Both the position numbers and the translations under genes were made by a program. This document shows positions 12,201-27,200 of a stretch of 64,000 nucleotides of DNA, piece by piece. The stretch is from Lytechinus pictus (taxonomy: Eukaryota): contig NC_087251.1 of NCBI RefSeq assembly GCF_037042905.1, positions 8,868,001-8,932,000 on the forward strand, read 5' to 3'. The notes under the pieces were generated by a model. The model ran no database searches. It saw nothing but the letters and a program-made list of their open reading frames with translations, and was not told the DNA's origin. How positions within the stretch are numbered: position 1 is the first letter of the stretch; each line of letters opens with the position of its first letter.

Positions 12201-15200
12201 AACTTCAACCTCAAAAGATTAACAAAAGAAATGACATAACTTGCTTATAATTTTTGTACATGGATTACAGGTTATAGTCTATGGGCTTACATTCACGCTT
12301 ATTCATATGACCGATAGCATCTCTTGTGTTACAGATACCATGTAAAAGTTTATGATATCACACAACATTTGCAACATGGTTCCAATAAACTCTCTTCATT
12401 TTGCTTCAGGGAAAGCCATACATATACTCTTGTAATATACAGTACATTTCTCACACACAAAAAAAGAAGAAATCTGTTGAAATCAACATTTGCATTGCTT
12501 CAAACACTCTGGCTTTAGTGATAAAACAGGCTACTTTATCTTACCTGTCTGCCACCATGTATCAGCTAATGAACAACGTCCTTCTCCTACAACATTGTTA
12601 TACCAGTCCCATGCTTCATGGTTGAGTGGTTCACCAACTGATTTGAACAAAAAAATGAAATACATTTCAATTAAACTATTTCATCATCTTCATTTGCCCA
12701 AACTTCGCCAAATTCTGAATGTTATTTGATAAGTCACCACTCAACACTGTCATAAAATCATCTAATTTCATAAAATGGGTATGATAGCTATCATTGCTTT
12801 CACACTATTACCCATGCAGGTCCTTTTAAATTCATGAAAGATAAGCCAAACTTACCACATCCTAGTGTTCTCAATGTTGATCTGTCATACTTGGTAACAT
12901 AAGAGTCTCCTGATTTGAGTAGTAACCTCACAGCTGTAGGGGCTACATAAATCTGGTTGACTTTTAACCTTTCGACCATCTCCCAGTACCTTCCTGTGAG
13001 ATAAATGAATAAGAAAAAAATCTTTACTTTGAATGTGTTAAACAACGCAGCACTGATTATTCTAAGATTGGATTTTAAAAATATCAAATCAACTTACATT
13101 GTGAATATTGGGCAACTTTTATTTGACAGACACAGGAAGCCCTTCCAATGTACTTTCATCTAATAAATGTTCAAATATGTTGTTAATAATGACTGCAAAA
13201 TTGGTTATAAGATTCAAAATAAATTGGCAAGAAATGGGATTGAACTGGTGACACAGCTTTACAAAATGTTCCACAATGTATATCTTTTTCCAAAGCAATT
13301 ATTCAAACAATATATTCTGTTTTTATGATAATATATACAGAAAAAAAGAGATATGTCCAAATATTTACAAAATTTGATAATGATTTCAGCATGAAATGTT
13401 TTGCATCTTGTGAGAATTTTTCCTTTTAAATTTTGAAGTTGAAGGATAGTGTACCTGGATCAGGATAGGTTGGAATACTTTCAAACAAGACAGTAGTGGC
13501 GCCATTACTGAGAGGACCATATACTACATAGCTGTGTCCGGTGATCCATCCTACATCAGCAACACACGCATAGATGTCACCAGGTTGGTAGTCAAATACA
13601 AACTAGATAGCAAACAGTGTATGAAAAGGAAATTCAATTAGGTTGTTGAAAAAATGAGAAAGAGAGGGGGGGGGTTGGCACATAGAGAAATAGAAAATGA
13701 AAGACAGATAGTAAAGAGTAAAGAGAGAGAATGTTGTGAGAAAACCACAAAGATTGAAAAATTATAGACTGAAAAGGTAGATACAGAAAGAAGGTTGACA
13801 ATCACAAATGAAATGAGGAATTTTTCGGTAAAAATGTATCAATTCAGAATCAGATGAGAGGAATTATTTCGTTCCTAATGATTTTTTTTCTTAAACTCAA
13901 GTAGAATTACTAAAGTCCAGTCAGCCCTCAAAGATTAAATGAAGTGTAGAATGATCAAATGCAATAAAGTTTTATTGAACAACTTTTCATAGTAGTTCAG
14001 ACTAACAATAAGGGCTGGACCATTGTGCAGAAAAATAAACTGAAGTACACAGATAATCATGAGTCAAATGTCTCATGATCTTGTAAATATTAAAGAGAGG
14101 TAATTAGTCTCTTGTTTTTACTGTTTACAATTGACAAGAGCATCTAAAGCTGTCAAATTCAGGTTTTAAAGTTTAACAATGAGAGGTTCAATTTTTTTTT
14201 CTCTAAAAACAAAAAATAATTTGGAATTAACATTCTCATCCTTTTTTAACATAAAGACAGTCCCAAAAGAATAAATTTCAACATTAAATTATGCTATGTT
14301 CATTTACAAAATGATTTGACGCAGAAGATAATACACTGATAATGCATTCTCCCACCCTCCCATGATAATACACTAGAATTATTAGATTCTACAGTAAATG
14401 TATGGAATATGGAATATGGAGTATGGAATTTGATATTATCCTCTAAAAGTACATATTTGGCTAACCGGTATGGAAGAATGCACATATTGAATGGCACACC
14501 CATAACACAAAATTAGCAATCAATCACAGGTCACTGTATGAAACCTTGATATCAGAACAAAGTCAGGTCTTCAGCAATTCTCTTTATGGTACTAGTATAT
14601 ACATGTACAATGTATTTACAAGTATATATCTGTTTGGTCTACAAGAAAAAAGTGCTAAGAGAAGAGGAAACAATACACTTTGACCTCAGATACTAGGTGT
14701 CATGGCAAACCTGTTACCTTCAATATAGCACACTCAGTGTATGAGTATAAGGGCATTGTGCCTGTTGATCAAAGCTATTTTGACTGGGTAATTTCAGACC
14801 AGGGGATTGCCCCCCCCCCCACCTTCAGGTCTCGGCTGCCGATCACCGTGAAAATTTGATCACCTGTAGAGCTAGGTTTAAACTACAAGACTATAGAGTA
14901 AAATTTTCCATTAAAATATTTTTCATATGTATGAAGTAATCATTTATGCAAATAAGGGTATGAAATCAGGTTTTTGTCTTGAACTCACTGTAAACAGCTA
15001 GTAGAATGCTGATTTGGGAGGAAAATAATACTTCTGACTGGATTTTTAACAAATATCTACAAAAAACTTTGCCAACACACAATCAATTTCCTCTTTATAT
15101 CATTGTTTTTAGATCCCTTATGTATTTCTTTGTTTTTTATTTTCAATGAACTTTGTCAGGGAATCTCTTTCGATAATAAACATAAAATAAATCATAAATC

Positions 15201-18200
15201 TATGATTTTTGGTTGAAAACATGGATTGCTTTGACATTGTACACAAATCACATTTTTGAGCAATTTTGAGTCCGATGTACACTTACAAAATGTTGAGTAA
15301 TTTCGGAACAGAATACCCGAGCACCGCTCATCAAAAGATGAAAAACACAAGTTTATATCTACCTTATGAGTTAGACTGGCATAGAGTAGGTAAGAATGAG
15401 ATAAACCTTTAGGTGATCTTAATATATAACTTATGAGTTAGACTGGCATAGAGTAGGTAACCAGCCTGAGAATGAGAGAGAGGCCTTAAGATGATCCTTA
15501 TATCTACCTTATGAGTAAGACTTTCATAAAGTAGGTAACCAGCTTAAAGGGATGGTCCGGGCTGAAAGTATGTATAGCTTAATAAATAGAGTAGATTTCA
15601 CTGAGCAAAATGCCGAAAATTTCATCAAAATCAGATAACAAATAACAAAGTTATTGAACTTTAAACAGTTTAGCAATATTTTGTGAAAACAGTCGTCATG
15701 AATATTCATTAGGTGGGCTGATAATGTCACATCTCCACTTGTTCTTTTGTATTTTATTATATGAAATTAGGTTTATTCAATTTTTTTCCTCCAAGAACTA
15801 GAAAAATTGGATTGACAACTGATTTAGTGCATTAGATATTTATTGCTGCAACTTATTTCATTATAAGGGAGACATATTATTCACACAAGTATGAAACAAT
15901 GAAAAAATTATGATTTTATGTAATAACATAAGAAAACGGAAAGTGGAGATGTGACATCATCAGCCCACCTAATGAATATTCATGACGACCGTTTTCACAA
16001 AATAATGCTAAACTTTAAACTTCAATAACTTTATTATTTGTTATCCGATTTTGATGAAATTTTCAGCATTTGCTCAGTGAATTCTACACTATGTATTAAG
16101 ATATAAATATATTCAGCCCGGACCATCCCTTTAAGAACGAGAAAAACCTTAATGTTATCTTTATATCTACCTTATGAGTTAGACTAGCATAGAGTAGGTA
16201 ACTAGCTTAAGGATAAGAGATACATTTAGGTGATCTTATATGAACATTGTGAGTTAGACTGGTATAGAGAAGGTAACCAGCTTGAGAATGAGACCTCTTA
16301 TCTACCTTATGGGTCAGACTGGCATAGAGTAGGTAGCCAGCTTGAGAATGACAGAGACCTTTAGGTGACCCTGTAGATCCTGATGTATAAAGCATAAAGA
16401 GAAGATCTTCGCTGCTCATCACTTCTGGTTCACATTCTGTTGATTCATGAGCCATGGCCTGGAATGTATGAAAGAAAAATGGATGCATTAATTGTTTGTT
16501 CACATCTAAAATCTGTACTTCCATGTAGAATGCATTTACAAAAACATGAAATAAATAACTGTTATAAAGGGATCTCTTGTTTTCTATGCTTCAACCTTCT
16601 TTTGCCAATCCCTCTCTTATTACACATATAAGGACATTGTGACTACTGTTCATGTAGGAAAATACTAGTACATGTGATTAAAATTATCATGTAACATAGT
16701 ACAAAATAGACAGGAGGGGTGGCAAGGATCCTGCACATAACATATAGTACAAACTGTTCCCTAATTCACTGGAAGAAATCATCTCTATTTTTATTTTGTT
16801 TCACAGTTAATATAAAGCTCACCTCTTCCATTTGTATATCTCTCTCATACATTGGGACATCAGCTCCTGTCCTCTTAGAAACAAATACTTGTTTGACCTT
16901 AGGACATTGCTCCATGGCCTTGTCTACAGTAGCCTTGAGATTAATGACCTTTCCTCCTCGTACAGCCTGGTCAGTGGTCAAAACTGTCTCTACACCAGCT
17001 GCATATAAAAGAAAAATACCATTGTCAAGTCTTGATAAGGCTCAGGTGACTCTTAACCTTAAATTTATCAGTTCTTATTGACTGTGGTTTTTGTTAATGG
17101 ATTTTGATACATAGTATGTTTACCAATTGATCTTCATGGCTTCTATTAGTGAATGAAATTAAATTACAGCTGATTTTCAGCATTAATCAAACCTTTTATT
17201 TAATCAAGTTTATGTCTGATATACAGTGCGTATCAAAAAAAAATTACACTTTGAAAAAATCCTGTAAAATTATACATTTGTAATATCCTGAAGATTGTTT
17301 CACGTTTTATCATTGGTACAGATCCATTTAAGCAAATGACGATATAACTGTCGAAAAATATTTCCGCTTGAGTGAGCACCACTTACTTTTGAAAATTTAG
17401 TGAAAAATGATTTGCGCAGAACTTTGAAATAGTTATGCAAATAAAAGTAGACCTCAATCATGAAGAAAACGTGGAATTTAGCTAGTAAAATTGATTTGAA
17501 GATATCTTTTACCTTTTTAAACTTGTTTCCTTGCCCAAAACACTTCGAAGAGTGCATTGTGCCCCACCCCACTCCCCCACACACCGAGGCCATCACGACG
17601 ATATTTGCTTTACACTGAGCTGTGATTTACATGAAATGGCTTAGGCTTGATTTTAATTTTGTTAATCATTGTCAAGCTTGGGAAAAGTGTGGAGAAACAA
17701 GTATTAAATGAAAAATGAAATGTAAACCCACTTTATATGATAAAAACTCAGTGAAAAAATGCTGGAGATGTCTGATATAAACTTTTGTTCAGATTCAGTT
17801 ATGTCCTCAGATCCAGCTCGCACAAAAAAGGGTAAATGTTGTGCTTACTAAATGTTGAAATTTCAATTTTGGTGGCAAAATTGTTGCAAAATGCTTGAAT
17901 GTATCCCTTTTATTTCAATTGACTAAAAGTGCAAGGGAAATGTATGAGAAATATATCGCAGGGTAAGTTTGATTTCACCCTTTCCCCTTGACAGCGTGAA
18001 AACGAGCATTTCTGCGCAAACAGATTTCTGCGAGCTTTAAAAAAATGGACAGTGCTCACTCAAGTGTAACATCCTGTCATAACTTTTACTTTCATTGGAT
18101 AGATCGAGACCCAAACCCAAGATTATATGTGAAAAATTTACCCACATGTTGTATATTTTTTAATTCCCAGTGCTTTTTCAAAGTGTAAACTTTTTTTTGA

Positions 18201-21200
18201 TATGCACTGTGTAAGTTTATGTTTGAACATACTTGTAGTTGACTAATTTTTATTGTTGTTCCAAAGTGTACTATCTGGAACAGCTCATTTCAAGCATGTT
18301 TACAATGGATGATTTCAAGTTTGGTGCTGATGCTTGGTGCTGATATTCTTTTAATCAGCACTGAACCAAATAAAACTTAGACTGGTCTTGGGACAAGTAT
18401 CACTAGGTGTTGAACTATTAATTGTAAGATTTTGACAAGTGTGTAAGCTAAGATTGGGTGGGGAAAGTTGGGAAGGAAATTGTGCTTCCAAACCAACGCC
18501 AAACTTGAAATCACCAAAATTGTTCTACCTATGTTTGTTTCTACCAATACGTGTTTTGATGCATAATAGAATTCTTACCATCAATGATTCTGCTAGCAAG
18601 AGCTTCAGCGCTGAACCCTGCAAAGACAACACTGTACAAGAGATATGACAGAAAGGGGGCGGTTCAAGATAAATATTGAATATTTACATTAATTCCGGAA
18701 GTGTTTCTCTATTGCAACTTAAAAAAAACATTCATGTAATTCACAACGGTTGGAAGTAAAGAGTAAGAAAGTTGATTAAATGCAATATGAACATGCATGG
18801 AATATACCTAAAAATAACCTAAAATATCATATCCATATGAACTACATGTAACATGCAACATTCGTGCATGTATTCCCCTTCACAGTGAGATAAGCTTTGT
18901 ATATTTGACAAATCTGAAATAAATCACTAAAATAATGAGAGCATTCACAAAATAGACAAACCTTGAAACACACAAGGTTGGTTGAAGCTTAAAAATTATT
19001 TTATTATCACCCCCAATTGATGAAAGTTTTCTGTATTATTCTTGAAACTTTTAATTTCAGGTTGGTACAATCTACTTTTTCAAGAAACAACATTGTGTGC
19101 CATGAATGAACTTCTAATCTACCTGTGAATAGCCCCTATCCTTGCACATGCTAGCATAGCAGCTACTGTAAGTGGAGAAACAGGCATATAGATAGCGACT
19201 CGATCACCTCGCTTTACACCATGGCGACGGAGGGAGTTGGCAAGTTGATTTGTCATCTCATAAAGTTGCCTGTAAAAAAAAAAGAAGAGATATTCTAGAA
19301 ATATTGCATATGGATTGACTTAAAATGCATATTCCTATGAATTAATCATTTCCAAAAAGAAAATATTTAAGTTACCTACAAAATCGGTCATAGAAGTACA
19401 TGTAGGCCTTGGAAAAATATCTACAACATAGTAGCCTATTTTGTTATATTGAACAAAAGTGAAAATGTACATGTATAGACACAAAAAATACTTTCTCTGT
19501 GCATCAAGCTCTCTAAAACGGGGAGATTCCCTAATTTGTAAACTATGAGTAATTTACATGTAGGTACTTGAACTTTCTTGGCTCCACTTTATCATTATTA
19601 TTAGTATTATTTATTCGGCAAAGAAAATTACAAAGAGCAATACATTTCAGTATAACTATAAACAATACAAGATAAGAAATACAACCACTGGAACACCAGG
19701 GACAGAAAAAATTAACTAAATTATTGTGGCATAAAGCCTCCTGAAATTTCTTGGCTCCACTTTACAATGTACAGTAGAGTTATACGGGGCCCCATTTTAC
19801 AAAGACTTACAATTGATCTGATCAACCTCGAGTATATGGAAATCCATTAATGTCATTTTTTTTCTTCTACATTTGCACAATGTCCTAGAAAAACAAAAAG
19901 AAGAATACTGAATTGTCAAGAAAACAGTTCATGTATGGATATATATCTAGAAAATATTTTGAAAAACATGTTGATGTTGCTGGCTTTCCATAGTTGTGGT
20001 TGATTGGATCAATCATAACTCTTTGTGAGACGGGGCCCATGACCAACAGGTCTGTTACCTATCTAAAATATTTCATTCTAAATCTTCATTGCTATCATAT
20101 TTATAGTAGACGTAAAGCTATCCATGTTTTCAACCTTGACTTCAATGCTCACCATGTTACTCACATCTTTCAAACGCTCATTAGTATCTGACTCCTTCAT
20201 AAATAATAATTACTTTGACTTCAGTGCAGTTCACTTTTGTAGTTACTAGGCTCCTAAACTCATGTTTTCAGATTATCCTCATCATACATGTATTTTTCCT
20301 CCCTCTATTTTCTTTATGCTACATGTAGTTGAATCTTTATGGTGCATTTTTCCTTTTTTTTTTTTTTTGCTCTCTGTCACTTTTCCTGCCTGTCTCTGAT
20401 ACAAATAGTCTATTGATCTATGTCCATAAAAAATGATCTCAATCTATCTGATAGTGATTTGCAATACATTAGAGTTTCATTGCACTACATGGTATACAAG
20501 CAAGATCGTGTATGGTCATATTGTGTAAACACTAGAAAAGTGCTTTAAATGGGTACTCCGGGCTGAAAATGTTTATATCTAAATAAATTTAAGAGAGCAG
20601 AATGCTGTATATTTCATCAAAATCTGATTACAAATAATGAAGTTATTGAATTTTAAAACTTTGCAATATATTGTGAAAACAATTATATGCATGTGGTATA
20701 AATATTCATTTGGTGGGCTGGTGATGTCACATCCCCACTTTCCTTTTTATCATGTTACTATATGAAACCATAATCATTTCATTTTTTCAGACATGTGTGA
20801 ATGATATGTCTCCTCATAATGACATTAATTGCAGCAATGAATATCTAATTAGTTGTCAATCCAGTGGGGATATGACATCATCAGTTTGCTCATTGAATAT
20901 TCATGAAGACATGTCTCAAACTGTTTTAACTTTTAACAGAATAATGCAAATATTTAAAATTGCATAACTTTATTATTCTTCGTCCGATTTTGATCAAATT
21001 TTCATTGCTTTGCTTGTCTGATTTCTCTTTATCTGTCCACATCCTATCATTTTCAGACGGGAATACCACTTTAAATATTGGGCATAATATGGCACCAGTG
21101 AAGCATAAAATGTGTGCCATGAAATCAGATATGTATTGGCTTTCAAATTAGACTCCACCCCAACCAGGAATTATGGAGCCAAGTGTAAGTTCTAAAGCAC

Positions 21201-24200
21201 ATGCAAAGTTGAAATTGATTTGTATATGGTTATTGAACCGTTACATGTACATTCTCAAATCATTGAAATCAGCTATTGTGTAATTATTATCTACATTTTC
21301 AATTACTAGAGGTTTGGCAGGAAGAGACCCTCACAAGTGGAGATATTTCAACACAGCAGCAAAAAAAAAATATTTTGCTGAGAACTTATATGAATTGAGA
21401 CATAATTTTGGGTGTTGTCCCCTCTCAGCTATTTCTCCAAATGTATAACAATTTGAAATATTACTTCTATCCTACTGATAGAAGAGAGCATAAATGTATG
21501 ATGAGTGATTGAGGGCAGAAAACAACTGGAGCAATAATGTTCTTCTTTGAAGGGTAAGTTTATACAATGTTCATTCCTTACTTACACAATGGGGGAAAAC
21601 ATGGTCATTTCTGGTCAATATTTCATACATGTAGACCTGCAATTGTGCATAAACCACATATTTTGATAAAAAATATCCGGTAATTTAAAGTACTACTTCC
21701 TAATTCAAGCATCATCTTATATACAAACATTCCTGAAGAAACTTACATATATCCGTCAAATTTTTGCTTTGCAAAAAGATTATAACTTTCCTAAATTTAA
21801 AGAAATTCCCTAAACCATAATGAATGACCGACCTTGGATATATTCAGATTAAAGGGTCCCTGCAACCCAACTAATAAAGAATTTGAAATCATCAAAATGC
21901 CTCTCTGGCCTTGAATTTTTAAAAGAAATTCTCTAAATTGAGCAACAATTTCTAGTCTCTTAGCTGATCGCTTGAGCAATAGAAAATTATTTTCTGTCAA
22001 TAATGAAGTTATAGTAGATAGTCATCTGAAAAACTGATTACCAACAAAAAATGTTGGATTATGGGTGAATTAAAGGTGAAAATGTGTCGTAAGGGACTCA
22101 GAAATGTCCCGTACAACACGCAACATTTTCACCTCTAATTCACCCATGGACAACATATATTTGTCGGTTGTCATTTTTTCATATGACTTTCCAGTAGTAC
22201 TTTATTATTACCACAAAACAAACTGAAGTTCTTCATTTATTTGGACGGTACGACTAAAAATGTTGCGAAAATGGCTGATTTTTTCTAGCATGGAATCGCC
22301 TATGCCATCATAGAGATTTTACACTAAATGATCTCAGCATATCATCAATTGACTACAATCTATTAATAAGAATGACCACTGAATGACCTATGTAGTAAGG
22401 ATTAATATCATTTAAATACACTTTGAACTCACTTGTATGTGATCTTTTCTGCTTGATTTGGCTCATCTTTCTCCCATATCAAAGCTACTCGATCTGGTGC
22501 AGCCTCCTTGTGGCGATCGATACAATTTACTACGTATACAAGAAATGGAAGAGAGAACAAAATCATGTAATTAAAACATTGATATTACCAAGAGACCAAT
22601 AAATAACATTTTATTCAAGTGACTTGTATACTGTCATCATATTCAGAGGTCAAATTATATTTTGGAAATGTAATACATGTACAGTATCAGGAAAATGAGA
22701 TTCTTAAAAAAAAAACGGAAAACAAGGGGAAAAAGACATAGTAAATACATGTAGGTCACTTGCAGAAATAAAAATCTAAAGGCCTGTCAGATCATTCAGT
22801 GCAAGCCTTGAGGGTGATCGAGTTACGGGTAATTGCCCGCAACTCACCCACAACAAAGTTTTGCATGTTAAAAACTTTTCTGCATGCAAATCAGAATTGC
22901 GTGTGCTTCTGCGGGCAGATGCAACATACTGTCAATGCGGGAGACCTGCTGGCAAATTGCGGGTAGCAAAAATAGTTAGCAGCAAGTCACACGCAACTGC
23001 TTGCAAAGTTTTGGGGGCTGCACCCCCCCCTCCCTAAAAAAAAGATACTGGCCACAAAGGTGTTAAAAGGGGTATTGTATTGGAACCATGAAAAATTAAA
23101 GACCCTGACCGGTGTAAAAACAATCATATATCAAAATAAAGGTAATGATTCATACAATACGAATATACCAAAAATATTACATATATCTCCTTCCAATAGT
23201 TAAAAATATTAAATAAAAATCAAAGAAACTGCTCCTCCAAAGTACGCTTCGATTGAGCACCCCCACGTCGCCTGGAAATGATGACGTCACGTTGTGTCAG
23301 GAGGGTTGTGATTCCATAGGTCTGTGTACAAAAGCATTTGGTATTTTCTTCCATTTCCATGTTATGAATCCATTTTTTTTTTCGTTTTCAGATGAAAATG
23401 GCACTCAAAATTATTCACTGTTCAAATTGTTGTTGTAAACCTACAACTATTCACTACCTTTTTTGTGATTTCTTTGTTTGGCTCTTATTGGGCCTAAATT
23501 GCTATGTCAGGAAAAGTTGTTATACATAATCTAAATGCAGATAGAATTGAAATCTGCGCCAAATAAGCAGGAAATAAAATATGGCAGAAACTAGTTCAAA
23601 ACTGCAGATTTCATAAATTCAAGCTTGTGGGTAAAAATATATGTGATATCACTCTGTGATAGAAGTGAAGAGAATGAAATGCGTTATCTGGAAAGCAAAA
23701 AAATCACCCAGTTTTTCTGTGTACAAACCTATGGAATCACGACGCTTCTTACACAACGTGACGTCACGGTCTCGAGGCAGGTGAAAAGCACAATAAAGCC
23801 TATTTTCTAAGCGGGGTTCGAAACCCGATAATTTGTGAAAATGCATAAAGCATACCTTGGTGTATTTAGTAGCTTATAAGCTTTCGATTGGTATATAATT
23901 TATCAATTTCATTTTCGGGTCCGGTCTGGATCTTTAACATTAGACAAATCCTTGTAATATTAAATAGGAAGTCACTGATTAAATACTACCCATTATATAA
24001 ATACCTTCTCATAAAGGAATCAATTATTTATTCTGGGCCCATCCCAGTCAAAGAAATAGTGCAAACAATTCATAACAAAGAAACAGAAAAGCAAAAAAAG
24101 CAAAAAGACAGAGAAATGGATTTAAAAAGAAAGAGAAATAGTGCAGTGCTTTGATTGTTGAATGAATAGCAATGGTAGGTTTAGATTGTGGGTGTGTCCC

Positions 24201-27200
24201 TACAAGTAAACCCATTTGCTTTGTTCTGCCTTGAGTGAGAGCAATCAAGTGTGATGTTCTCTCAACAGTGAGAAAGAGGAATTCCACCTCTGCAATCCCA
24301 AACATGATAACTACACAGACGTTTGTTTTGAACGTTTCTTACACAAGGTCTCTAAATCAACTCATGGAGATAGTACATGTACTGTATCTCCATGATCAAA
24401 CACTGATACTGTATCATAATTCAGAGCAAAGCAAGTGGAATTGATTATTTATACATATCTGAAATTCCATCAGAATTTTCCAACCTGGCTGAAATGAGTG
24501 GACTGTTGTCATGGGAATATGTGTAAACTGAAATGGGTGAGTTTTAATGAAATCTCATATGAAGTTACTGTACATGTACCAGTAATTTAGAACATTTTGT
24601 GTTAATTTTTTGATGGAGTTATGATGGTATTTTCTGTATTTTAACGAACCAGAGTGCCTTTAAGTTTATTGAATAAAAAACACACCTAAGAATGTATACC
24701 ACGGGTGCTAGACTCATCCACATTGTGCTGCACTCAACCCAGGTGAGGTGAATGGGTACCTGGTAGGAAGAAATTCCTTGAATGCTTGAGCACCGGCAGC
24801 TCAGCTAAAGCCGGGGTAATAACAATAGCTGGTAGAACAGTTTTCGAAACTGAAGTGGCTACCCTGGGTAAATATACCTATATCATTATTATTATAGACT
24901 AAAACCACCCATTTAACACTAGTTTACATGTAAATGCTGGCTCTGGTCATCTATTTATATGTACGTATTAATAATGGTGAATAATATTTTGCAGTGTACT
25001 GTAGGCCCATTGCAAACATTCATTCTTTTGTTGCAGTATGTCACACTAAAACAGACTGGAGACTGATCAAATCTATTACATTATTTTAATTTGAATAACA
25101 TAATTTTTGGTCAGAGTGTAGTAAATTTGTGCCAATTATGTGACTGTGATGTGGTTGTGACATTGACCATGTGAAAACATTCCAACCATATAGATGTAAT
25201 ATTGAAATAATTCCTTTTACTATTATTGAAATTCCTGTATTACTTAATTATACATGTATGTGTATATTTTCACTATTCAGAACACAATATTTCAAATGAA
25301 TACACAGGTCTGTGTTTAAAAGATTTAATATCTGCATAGTGAAATAATTTTTTTAAACACAATAAAAATTATAACACAATTGAAATTGTGCATAATTTTG
25401 CCAATATCGATAATTGCCATAGGTTATGAGTGTTGATCAAAAGTGCTGTGTTGACTATTTCATACCACAGATATTTAGTATGTTACATTTTTTGTCAAAA
25501 CATGTCAAGTTTCATAAAATGTAAATTTTTCAGGTATTTTTATTGATCTGCTTTTTCTATTTGTCTGTTTGGTGTATGCAGACCTAAGAATATTCTCTTT
25601 CCTGCCTTCATTTTTGTGCTTAAAAGAAATAACATCACCAACCTATTGGTGATGTACTGCCTGGGAATGCCTATCATGTAAATATAGAATAGAGGCAAAA
25701 TCGGTGTTCTTTAAATTTCAAAAATGTATATCCTCCATTAAAACATATAAATATCTTGTGTATAGAATGACTGAATGTTTTTTTCTATCATCAAACAATA
25801 TTAAACATACTTTTCTTCATTGCCTCTTAAAATTCTTTTAGTATATTTAATCTGAAGAAATAATCTTACTAAATTGTTTAACTGACCTCGATTTTAGTAT
25901 AATAATGAACTTTACATGGCATCAATGTACATGCAGTTTACTACTAAGTCCACAAGAATGTTTACATAGTGTAGAGTTCACAAGTTGATTTCCTCCACAA
26001 TTGTGAAATGTACATGTTACCTTGACTGTATTATCTTGGGATTTAAACATGTTTCCATTGCTGGTGGCTGTAGGGGAGACCGGGGTTAGTTGGAACATTT
26101 TTGACAAAAATGGCTGTAAAATCCAAATAGAACAATCAATATATCAGCTTGAAGCATATATCTAAGGGCTTCAAATGTTCCCCATAAAATTTTAACTCTA
26201 TTATGGTTACTGAAAAAATCCACCTTGAACAAGACCATCGCAAACGTTCCAACTTCCAACTTACCCCAATGGGGGGTAAGTTGGAATATGGTATGGGGTA
26301 AGTTGGAACACTGCATGGTCAATTAAGAATTATACTAAAACTACTTAAAACTGTAATATTACATGTACATGGTTTTAGCCTATTTGCTTTATTTTTTTCA
26401 AGTTCAAAATATTTAAAGTGTGGATTTGTTGAACTTTATGTTTTCTATTATACAGCCACTCACGCAAGCAGACTGTGTAGTAGAATTCCGCATATTTGGG
26501 TGCGTTTGATTTTACATGCAATTAAGTGTACTATCAGCAATTTCATGTACTTCTGCATCAAATTTACAAGACAAATTTTTTTTTTTTTTTTTCATTAATT
26601 AATTATGCAAATAAGCATATGAAATTTGCCCTAAATTTTTTTTGTATTGTTTTCCTTTAACTCTATTTATTAAGCTAGTAGAATGCTAATTTTTGGTGAG
26701 AGTATCAATTTTCACATATAACAAATATCCACCCACAATTGCAAAAAATTTAATTTCTTATTTCTTTTTTTTTTAATATGTATTTCTTTGTTTTTTCGAA
26801 CCTTTGTTTTTTCCGATGAACTTTGTCGGGACTCTTTTGCGATCATAAAAAGCATAAAATAAATCTATTTCAACCAACAAAAGTAAAAAATAATCATACA
26901 TTTATGACTTTTGGTTGAACACAATTTGCATTGACCTTGTACATCGAATCACGTTTTTGAGCAATTTTGGGTCCGACATGCATGTACAAAATGTTGCGTG
27001 ATTTCGAAACCGCACACACAGGCATCGCAAATCTGGTCTCAAATGATGCGCAAGACTTGAAAGTAAAAAGTCAGTGAGCAGTGTAGTCAAAAAATTTCGC
27101 GCAACGGCGTAGTGATGAAATTTCTTGAGGGGGGGCTCAAATTGAGCCCCCCCCCCAGTTTGATAAGGGTTAATATTGCATTAGGGGCCTACAATAGGCC

